A stretch of DNA of 64,000 nt, taken from NCBI GenBank assembly GCA_965644265.1, contig OZ286462.1:34720001-34784000 (forward strand), written 5' to 3'. Below the pieces are notes generated by a model that made no database searches, had not been told where the DNA came from, and worked only from the letters and a program-made list of their open reading frames with translations. Position numbers and translations under genes: made by a program. Below, piece after piece: positions 54,373-64,000 of the stretch (the first letter of the stretch is position 1; each line of letters begins with the position of its first letter). Origin of the DNA: Glycera tridactyla (lineage: Eukaryota).

Positions 54373-55641
54373 TATACAATACAGGTGCCCTCACAAGGGA
54401 GCTTCTCAAAGCCGATGAAAAGGAAACACAAATATGAAACAGTGCATCACATGAAAATGATGGTGGTTATAAAAATGACGTGGGACGAGATGTTTCAATG
54501 ATATGTGAATCAAATGAATCGGATAGACTGGAGGACATATCATCTACTTCAAGATACTGAGGTAAAATGGAATTATACATCAATTTGTTTAAATATTCGA
54601 TACATAACAGGGTAGCTTCTTTGGTCAAAATGACATAGAAAATTATTTTTCCACAGGGCTGACTATTAGTGAAGAAAACTTTCTGAAAACCTTCTTAAAG
54701 TTCTTTTTTTCAGTACTTTCAAATTTATCGTACTACCTGACAAAAATGTTTCAGGCTTATGGGCATCTAAATATGAAATTGTCCTCAGCTTGCTTACTCT
54801 TAGGATGGTATCATTTCCAGAAAGGTCTTTCTTGGGTTGGCGAGTGATCAAAGGCCAGCAAGCTGAACTGTTAGTGAAGCATTGATTGGATACGGATGCT
54901 GATGATCGTTCCACCGATGCTGGTATGCTTTGATATTGGGAGAATGTGATGAATACTTTAGAATATGCAGTCGAATAGATGGGCCACCGTCAAACTAAAT
55001 GTTTATTTCAATTCAATGTAGAAGCTAGATATATGTTCAAATTCGAATTCAAAATCATGGCATATGACTCCCTACTTCATGCTCAAAGTTTCCGTGGGTA
55101 TGAGAGCTGATTCATGTCTGTGAGAGGTCCCCATATGCACTCTGAACCTGAAATGAATGGGAAAACGAAGATAACGTCAGCCTTCAGGCAAGAAGGATTG
55201 TTCTCAATGCATCCTCACTGATTGCATGTTATTCCCCTGATCCAGTTCAGCCTTTTATGAGCATCAGTGAGTCCATCTCTGGAGAATTCAGCAATAACCC
55301 ATTGCTGACCTTTGTGAGGTATTCACTCTTCTCTTTCCTGATGTGACCTCTGTTCTCGCTCCGACCGTCGTAAATCACACATATAGGTCATCCAGACAAT
55401 CGATCGATGAAACCCGAGCCATCAACACCAGGTGTCTGTCAAGGCTGAATCCACAGCTAAATAATCAGATAAAATCACAGTATAACCTTTTCAATTCTCA
55501 GACTTATGATTGGTTTTCGATCAAAATCTCGTGATCACCAGCTGGGCTAAATTGGAAAGCCTGAAATGTGAGTTCGTGTGATAAGATGAGACGATATGTT
55601 GGTTGGTCGATTGCTTCTGGTTCAACGTCACGTCAGTGCCA

Positions 55642-55843
55642 TATGTGCCATATCGTGATGCCTATGTAATGGACATGGGTAGGATCATTCGTGACCCCTT
55701 CATGGGTCCCCCAACAGGAGTGGAATTTGGAATATTCGGACACTCAAGGTGTCATGACTTTTCACCTTCCTTTCGGGACCCAGGAAGGATTCTCGACTGA
55801 TCCCACCCATGCTCACTGCATGGGCGTCCCGATATGGCGCATA
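55642..55843. mobile_element. ~200-bp foldback/MITE with ~70-bp imperfect inverted arms
   Basis: tatgtgccatatcgtgatgcctatgtaatggacatgggtaggatca..ttcatgggtccc versus reverse complement of the right arm tatgcgccatatcgggacgcccatgcagtgagcatgggtgggatca..ttcctgggtccc. Confidence 0.8.
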
Positions 55844-56021
55844 CAGTCGAACCTGCTCTGAAGACCACCTCTCTTTAGAGACCACCTCTCTATAATGACC
55901 ACCCTGAGCTGTGACCGTGGTAGTATTTTCAACAGTAAATGACCTCTCTATAAAGACCACTTGCCTATAAAGACCACTTTTTGATGCGACCGAAGGTGGT
56001 CTTTATAGACAGGTTCGACTG
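55844..56021 (+). mobile_element. 178-bp pogo/Tc1-mariner-like MITE
   Basis: Terminal inverted repeats CAGTCGAACCTG ... CAGGTTCGACTG; TA on the left and CA on the right; repeated GACCAC subterminal motifs; homologous to the 22042 and 20365 elements. Confidence 0.9.
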
Positions 56022-57015
56022 CATTACATGACTTCTCTCCACTCGTTCATATATCAAATGATGGGTGTAATTGCTGCAAATAGGAATGAATTTGAACACC
56101 GGTCCTCATTCAAGCCGTCATGTGGTTGGCACTATGGGTATCTTTCTCGAGCTGTCAGAGTCAACATGAATGATTGACGATATAATTGCTCTTTCCATGA
56201 TGCAAGACGGATGTGGATAAAGCTCAAATTGACGAATCTCTCATTCATTATCACTTATAGATGTCTCACAACTGGTTTTGCAATGGTAATCAATGACTGG
56301 AATACGTCACATGTTCCTCCGACCAGTGTGTCACTAGGCCATATTTCGAGATTCAAATGATAGCAGTTATAAGTGGAGTATGTTATGAATGGTAGTCTTA
56401 GAATCATATAATCTTGATCATCATTCCACGGAATAATTTGATTTTCTCGAGTAGATATGCACTCTGATATGTTGATATCCACAGGAGGATATTGCAGCAC
56501 ATCAGGTCAAGTAGAAGATGTAGCAAATTCAAATTCCTCCGAGAAAACATTTGCATGTATATACAAATTGTCTGAATTGGGATCTGCTACTCATGGCGAA
56601 TTTAGACGACTGCGGGATGACCATTCAACACGAGCCTTTTCGAGCTCATGCTTTCCTTTAATCCATCGGGATTCGGCTTCAAGAAGCTGCATGACATTCC
56701 CTATTGCAACATAAAGCTGACATAAACGACAAAATGCAAGATACTTGAATTCAAATAGTTGGGCAATTTCGAGGAGCTAATTTGGAGAAGTCAAAGGACT
56801 TCTCTACTGTATTGTGTCGTCAAAAGGTAATGATCAGATCCCATGCTCGGGTGTCTTCAATCGAATCGGTTCAATGCATACAACCAGCATAACACAGAAC
56901 GCTTCCCTGCTACAGGGTAATATTGATGTAGTCTCTACGAAACCGAAATCCTATATTTTATTGATGTATCATTTTCTATTCTCAGGAAAGATGAACAAGC
57001 ATTATCTTTTGTTTT

Positions 57016-57466
57016 GATATATCAGTGCCAGTTTATGACTTGTTCATAGAGGAAATCCGTTCTCTCTCCCCAACTGTTTTCGACTGGTAACCAATACATA
57101 CGTTAGAAAAAGATCCACATACACACATTCCATACGTCGGGAATAGCTCATGATATTCATTCAACTTCAATGCGAATGCAATGAATGAGCAGTATAATAT
57201 GTCAAGATCCGTTCGTGTCTTTACAGGTGTGGTGTCCAAAAGACTTGACGAATGGCAGGGACTCTTGTGATATATCAGTGCAAATTTATGATTTGTTCAT
57301 AAAGGAAATCTGTTCTCTTTCTCCAACTGTATTCGATTGGTTACCAATACATACGTTAGAATGCCACCCACATACGGATATCCCATATGAGCAGTATTAT
57401 ATATTGAAATCCCTTTGTGTCTTTACAGGTGTGGTGTCCAAAACCGAGGACTTGACAAATGGCAGG
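57016..57466 (+). repeat. ~250-bp tandem duplication covering an intron 3' end and exon start
   Basis: gatatatcagtgc starts at 57016 and 57269. Both copies contain gtgtctttacag|GTGTGGTGTCCAAAA. Copy 2 lacks about 50 bp of intronic sequence, and copy 1 lacks 5 exonic bases (CCGAG). Confidence 0.95.
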
Positions 57467-57596
57467 TCTTCGTGGGAGGAGCTAGTACGGACAGCATGGG
57501 AGGATTTGGTGGCTAGGAAGGGAATTACCGACGTTGAATTAACGTTTGTTACTGTACACCGACGTACGGAATTTACCATTGACATGCTGATTGAAG
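57429..57596 (+). CDS. Internal exon (168 nt, phase 1-1) encoding a SEA-like module
   Basis: Acceptor tttgtgtctttacag| and donor GAAG|gtaagt. Open frame GVVSKTEDLTNGRSSWEELVRTAWEDLVARKGITDVELTFVTVHRRTEFTIDMLIE, phase-compatible with the 43944 donor. The SEA assignment is by-eye inference. Confidence 0.8.
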
Positions 57597-58391
57597 GTAA
57601 GTGGAACAAGAGCACCGAAGCGCACCTTGAAGAATCCGCTGCCTGCGATCGAATATATTCACATCAAGAAATTACATCCAGAAATCAGATGCACTCAAAA
57701 CATACCTACATCACGCCTCCCGATCCCAACCCAGCTCATTGTTCGACAATGAAACTCCATTTCCCTACAAGTATACAGGGTTTGGGCACTTTGTTGTTGT
57801 TTGAGCATCAACAGTAATGTTCCTGACTTCCTCCACTTGATTGACACATGCATATAGGAAAAAAGTGATATATCCGTGAAAATGAAACACATTGGGACAG
57901 AGTGGAATGGGCTATAGCACAAAACGGGATGACCTGTGAGTTGAATTGTTCAATCACCACTTGGCCTAATTTCTTTGATGGATTGAATTGTTCCGAAACA
58001 TCGAACAAGATACCATGAAGTACCATGAAGTTGGTTCCAGATCAATGAAATATTATTGGCGGTGCTCAAATGGCGGCAATTTCGCGAAGGAATGATGGCA
58101 TGAGAGAATTAGCAAAATATTCGCTCAAGCTAGATCACATTAAGAGTTCATTGATCATATCTCGACACATTCCTGCTTTGATCCACTCATTTCATAACCA
58201 ATACTTATTATCACCATTTACAATCGGAAATATGAAAATTGTCATATGGAAGATATCTACCAACTTCAGGATAGGATGTTCGACTAACGTCGATTATTAA
58301 TTGAAAACAAATCAATATTGCTTTGAAACATAGTGTCCATCGGGGACAAGAGGCGCGTGAGCGCAACACGATATTTGTTTTTCACTGGCAG

Positions 58392-58482
58392 AACATATAA
58401 TCGTGACATCGGAGAAATACAAAACACGAGCGGCAGCTACGCCACCGAAGAAGCCACAAGTGGCGCCTCTAACGACAAAAGT
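58392..58482 (+). CDS. Next exon (91 nt, phase 1-2), Pro/Thr/Ala-rich linker
   Basis: Acceptor tatttgttttttcactggcag| and donor GT|gtgagt. Joined in frame it reads EHIIVTSEKYKTRAAATPPKKPQVAPLTTKV. A second frame is also open. Confidence 0.6.
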
Positions 58483-59061
58483 GTGAGTTATGGGAGGAGA
58501 GTCTTCCACGGAAATAGTTTTCAGTCGCTGGACTCTGGCTTTTATATAGATAATTCAAATAGTATCTACTAACTTCCATTTGCTCATTAATGGTCTTTGG
58601 GGAAAAAGGTCGGGGCCGTTACATAGTGGATGTGGGTTAAGTCCAAATGGTAGTGAAACATGAGTGATGAGTTGTGCGGTGAAGAAGGACCACCCATTTC
58701 GAATGTCTTCCATCATTTATCATATCTTGTAGCCGCATGCACCAGCCAAGATCCAATGCTCCATTATTTCGACGGCCAACCGACTGAGCATCTGTCACTG
58801 CAGGGCCTACCACATACATGACCATCCTTCAATCAATACCCTCACAAGTTGTTTGAGGTCGCGTCCCTGAAGCCACTAGCCAATTGTTCTCGTACTGTCT
58901 GAATACCAGCTGCGATTGGAGTGATCCATATTCAATCACTGAAACCTACTCAAAAGTGTAATGGTCGATACCATTGTATAGCAGTTATTAGAAGTTGATT
59001 TCCACAGGTCATCCACAAAGGAATTGAAAATGCAGTTAATCACACATACATGCTCAAAAAA

Positions 59062-59085
59062 ATTGAGATTGAGATTGAGATTGAG
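59062..59085. repeat. (ATTGAG)4 microsatellite
   Basis: Read directly. Confidence 0.9.
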
Positions 59086-60084
59086 AATCATTTATTTCAG
59101 AACACGGACACGCATAAGTATATACAGATTTCCTTCATGTTCGTGAATCAACAGGCTGATTCATCAGATCAATAAATTGTTTTTAGAAACAAACAATCAG
59201 TAAAATTTACGGATAATATTTTGACAGTAGACAGTTTCTGCTCTAGTACAGACAGTTGACAGTACTTGAGAGTGTGGGGAGATGAAGAAATGGAGAGTGA
59301 TGAAAGATGGCGAAGGTGGAATAGAAGATGAGGGGTGAGGGATGGCGAGAGGGGAGAAAGACGTATAGGGATATGCGAGTAGGGGTGGGGGATGGGTGAG
59401 TAGATGTGTAAAGAGATGTATGAATAGTCAGACAGAGGATGGATCAATCCATAGATAGATAGACAAAAACAGAGACAACATGGATGGATAATCATAAATG
59501 GATGCAGATGAAAGAGCTCAGTCCATCTGCAGCTTTAGCTGTCCAGTAAGGTGGTGTTATTGCTGTTTCCTGGAGCAGTACACAACAGGATAGAGCAGAA
59601 TCATACAATATATTTTGGGTTATGTAGTGATTGCTTCTGTCACCGTTTGGTGACAGCTGCTTCCTGTGTCCTGACCAAGTTGTTCCTCTTTTTGACACGG
59701 GACTTGTCAGTGCTGTCATTCTTGTGTTATTGTCTCTCCGTCACAACTGACCCTATACCCTACATAGGGCCGACTATAACGGTGTATTCCTATAACATTC
59801 TCAAAACACTCTGAGAACTTTCGCTGTAATCTCCACTTTAACTACTGTCGAAAGTCAACAAGAATAGTGAATACTGGAAACAAGAAAAAAATCATCACAA
59901 ATGAGATATGTTGAATAATTGTCGGCTATTATATCCCTCATGTCGCCTATCAGAAACATTAAATTCGAGTGATGTATTCAACCATGGCAGCAAAAAAGTG
60001 TGGCGGCTGACATGTGTATTGCGCTGTATCCACCTTCCCGAATGTCGGCTAGCCAGCCGAGACAGTCTGAGTGTCCGTCCGTCT

Positions 60085-60329
60085 NNNNNNNNNNNNNNNN
60101 NNNNNNNNNNNNNNNNNNNNNNNNNNNNNNNNNNNNNNNNNNNNNNNNNNNNNNNNNNNNNNNNNNNNNNNNNNNNNNNNNNNNNNNNNNNNNNNNNNNN
60201 NNNNNNNNNNNNNNNNNNNNNNNNNNNNNNNNNNNNNNNNNNNNNNNNNNNNNNNNNNNNNNNNNNNNNNNNNNNNNNNNNNNNNNNNNNNNNNNNNNNN
60301 NNNNNNNNNNNNNNNNNNNNNNNNNNNNN
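60085..60329. other. N block (245 bp) within a CT/GTCT-rich low-complexity region extending to ~60610
   Basis: Flanked by gtccgtccgtct and degenerate (CTGT/CT)n sequence. Confidence 0.65.
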
Positions 60330-62779
60330 GATCCATGTGTCTCGCCCGTATGTATCTCCGGTCCCCTCCCCGGCTGTGTCTGCGCTCATTCGCCCATTAT
60401 CTCTCTGCTTGTCTGTCGCTTTCTGCCTGTCTGCCGCCGGCTCTTGCTCTATCTGTTTGTCTCTGGTAGTGTCTCATACATTCTCTCTAACTGTCTCTAT
60501 TCCTCCTCTGACTATGCCTATCTCTTCTCACTTTCCACGTCTGTCCATTTCTTTACTCACACCCTCTTTATCTCTCTTTTTCTGTAATCGCTCTCACTAT
60601 CTCTCCATATTATTGCTTGATATATGCCATGCACCAGATAGGCCAACCTCAACCTAAAACCTCGATAAAATGTCCAAGCACTTTTCCCATGATAACTATC
60701 CTGTTCATTCCATTGCCGTGACACTCCGACATCCATGTCGCCATGGTCACAACATCCAATCAAAGTAGATGGTGATGCGGTCTGCATATGATTTTAAAAA
60801 TCCGCCATTCAGCATAGCCCTGCTTAGTCTGAATTGATCGCCCTTAATTACATCCAGAATAAATATTTTGCTTTCACCACCAAGTTTGCTCAGATGGGAG
60901 GAAGTCAATATTGATTAACCATTTACTTTCTATATTTCCTCATATCGAATTATTCATTTCAGCAGTTTATGTGCTCAACCGAATACATTTTGAGCTGATA
61001 TGAAACGTACGTATCGTGATACGATGATCAAACTCATTAGCATAGGTCTTGTATTACATGTTTGACCTACTCTGATCTGCTCTCACGGATTATTTATAGC
61101 ATCTTAGTAAACAGAAGAGAAGCGGGAAGGTGTTCGATATTGATGAAGCTGTGTGTTTGCAAACACTATTATTGCTTTGGTGAAAATTTGCTAGACTGAA
61201 TATGGTGATTAAATACCACTACCTGGGACAGGCTAGGAGGCTCTCAACAATCTATATTCCTTCGATATACATCTAACGGCTGGGAAATGCGTGCTGATGG
61301 TATCACCTAGGTAACTGACATTCATTAGATGCAAACCCATTCATCTATTACACTTTATTCGGATACGAATCTTCTTTGTACGATCCAATCTGGCTTCAAC
61401 GCTGTCTTCCAGCTTCATAGAAAATAAATGATATATACAAATAATCCAAGTTCTCAGAGGACATGATGAGTATAATCAATCATTCTGGCTGATTGATGGA
61501 TCGGGATCTCTTACCGCATTGCTTTATCTTATTCACAACATTGTGTGATATTTAGATTGCACCATTGCTTGCTGAAAATGTGAAAATGAGTTGGTGGTGT
61601 GGATTTGGCAGCACCTCGCATGATCTTCAAGGAATCTAGTTGCCAACTTCAGTGGCTGTTTGTGATCATCACACAGGCAAAAAGGATTAAATCTGGCGAG
61701 ATGCGATGAGGTCGAAAACAGACGAAATATCTTAGTTGAGCTCACTTAGTGTGGGCTTTCGAATATCCCTGACAGATATGTTTTTGTCACGGAATCACAT
61801 TAAATGAAATTTGGCACATTGGCAGATCAATGTGAAAAACTCGATGAAGCTATTTACGGCAGCTCGAAAACCTTTCGATAGCATCGCAGCTGAATACTAG
61901 TTGTATTATTGAAGAATTGAACTTCTGATCGTTTATTCTTGTGATAAAGCATGTGAGCAATTGCTGCCTCCCACTATCCATTGGACAATGAGGAAAGATG
62001 CATGTCCAAACGGAATATCTCGAGATTTTCTCCACACACAGATGATGGCCGTGTCTACGACAGAAAAAATCTTCATTTGTTCAACATCGTCATCTATACC
62101 CACCCATTGCTTGCATGGATTAAGCCAGATAGAATTATTGTTTGGGACTGACACCCACATCTGCATATCAATCGACTGATTGATTAATCGATTCATTGAT
62201 GGATTGATTGATTTGTGTTTCTTAACTCGAGAAGTATCATGCCTATATAACTCAAGGAAAAGGTCAACTTTTCAAATATGTCGCTGAGACAATACCCATA
62301 TGATATGAAATATATTACTGTTGTATTGAATACTTTGTTTTTTTCTGTGCTGGAAGGGTAATAATGCTTCACAATGAAAACTCTCCTGTTAGAGAAATAA
62401 GCCTACTTTCCGCAAGTGTGTAGGGTGATTTCAACATGTGCACGTAAAATAGACACTACCACACACTTACGGCCTCGGATAAACCAGTTGGCAGCACCTT
62501 GCGGGGCAACATGGGTCTAACAAAATGAGCAAGAGTTTGGACATAGAAATCAACAAGGTAAACTTGAATGTTACAGCGATGGAGATTTTATTTCCGAAGT
62601 GTCATATTCTGTGTCGTGAGACTGAGATGCCATGATTCAGGTTCTCATGCACTCTCATAGGATTCACAGTCACGCCCAAATGATAGAATATACCGTAATG
62701 TAAACTCGTCTTAGTGGTTGTCTGTGTGAAACGATATGAGCAGAAAATCTTTTATACCAAAAGTGTTATGCATTCGCAG

Positions 62780-62875
62780 TGTGACGCTAGTTGATGACTC
62801 AATTGACCAGGGATTCAGCGGTCTGGGCATACTAGAGAGGAGAAGACTTGTATTCATATGTACTGATCAGAAGGG
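62780..62875 (+). CDS. Candidate further exon (96 nt, phase 2-2)
   Basis: ttatgcattcgcag| ... AAGGG|gtacgt. Open frame VTLVDDSIDQGFSGLGILERRRLVFICTDQK, phase-compatible with the 58482 donor. Short enough to be chance. Confidence 0.3.
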
Positions 62876-63789
62876 GTACGTCTTCCCATACTGATATCGC
62901 AAATATGATAATCAAATCGAAATAAATCTCGCTGAAAGGAGCTGTTGGCACCTCTGGCGAATAGAAAAGAAATTTAAAGCTAGCGCACCAACTATGTCGA
63001 TTTCACGCTGATTCCATAGCGCAGGTGACAGCCGTATCTCTGCGATTTCATGCGGTGATATCAGCTTATAATGCCGAATAAAATCTCCAGATCATCCGCA
63101 ATCAGATTCGACCGTCGTCAGAGGTCCAGAAGAGTTTGAAAAATTACGATCAGATGGAGAAGGACGACATGACTATCTGAAATGCAGCTGTCACATTTGG
63201 ATTTTGAGACTATAGCTCTGTATCTTTGGGAGATGTGGATTTTGGCCTGTACGTTGTGACACACATAAGGAGATGTGTTTACCAGTTGCTAGAACATTAA
63301 TCGACCATACATCAATCAGTCAATCAACCATCTGACCCACATGTTAGTAAGCTAGCGCCACATATGGCCTGGTTCACTCAAGGCCAAATACGTGATCGGT
63401 GCCACAGACTATAAACCAAAGTGACATCTTCTCTAGTGCGAGGTACATCTCTGTGTTATTGATAGTGTCCCTTGATGTGCTGCCAACATTCTCGGCTGTC
63501 ATCAATTTCTCTTAATCCTGCCTGATCTCCTTGCCTCCTACCATATATATCAATGAACGCCAGCCCAATGGATGACTAATATCCTCGACGAATGACAGAT
63601 TGGATCCAGCTCATCAATAATGCGGCCAAAGCATGCGCTGCTGTTGCTATATATTACCTACTGATGCATAATCCCGGTGACTGGTATTAGTATCATAGGA
63701 GAAAAAAAAATTATTTGACGATTTGGTTCGTATGGTGATTAGTCTAACGGTCGATCAACTTGACGACGTCACGGTTCTGTCACCCACTC

Positions 63790-64000
63790 TTGGAATCTGT
63801 CTCTCTCACTCTTTGCATCTTATTCATTCCTTTCGCTTTTCTCTCTCTCACTATCTATCTCTATCTCTCTGCATGTCTCTTCCACGTCATCCCTATATCC
63901 TTTACTCTCTTCGAAAGCATTATGAAGTTGATGCAGGTTCTGCCTGCCTGTCTGCCTACCTGCCTACCTGCTTGTCAATCTGTCTGTGTCTATCTGTCTG
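63790..64000. repeat. Degenerate CT/CTAT/CCTG low-complexity tract
   Basis: Read directly. Confidence 0.85.

Noticed and set aside
54840-54930. ELLVKH*LDTDADD ankyrin-like word on the + strand
   Set aside because: A single partial motif with a stop and no neighbouring repeat.
57185-57817. 210-aa ORF (longest N-free ORF) as a single-exon gene
   Set aside because: It runs through duplicated intronic sequence, the real 168-nt exon and past a consensus GTAAGT donor. Only 57429-57596 is supported as coding.
77-60657. Long ORF-track entries filled with X (e.g. 13520-14465, 30358-31555, 59895-60657)
   Set aside because: They are open only because N runs and microsatellites contain no stop codons.
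1-64000. tRNA, rRNA or tRNA-derived SINE
   Set aside because: GTTCGA words occur only in MITE termini or without an A box or cloverleaf; no rRNA-like segment was recognised.

Overview
This window is AT-rich eukaryotic genomic DNA, most likely from an invertebrate animal (inferred from GT-AG introns, L2/CR1-type LINEs and microsatellites). It has eight N blocks, most flanked by simple repeats. I see no prokaryotic genes, rRNA, tRNA or CRISPR array. Nearly all ORF-track entries are chance or N-spanning artefacts. The best-supported host gene is a + strand spliced gene reconstructed by eye. It has a signal-peptide exon (43824-43944), a 13.5-kb intron, a SEA-like exon (57429-57596), a Pro/Thr-rich exon (58392-58482) and possibly more exons downstream. 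The rest is mostly mobile-element debris. This includes one clear APE+RT LINE relic (41.2-43.2 kb, minus strand), three smaller RT fossils, and a three-member TA-flanked Tc1/mariner(pogo)-like non-autonomous family. There are also other foldback elements and a hairpin-bearing tandem repeat with compensatory stem changes. Several decayed coding-like frames (ankyrin/SOCS-box-like, class-A GPCR-like, others) are low-confidence by-eye calls. I cannot claim a new biological system from sequence alone. The strongest leads are the SEA-like gene with a duplicated decoy splice acceptor and uORFs, and the covarying hairpin array.
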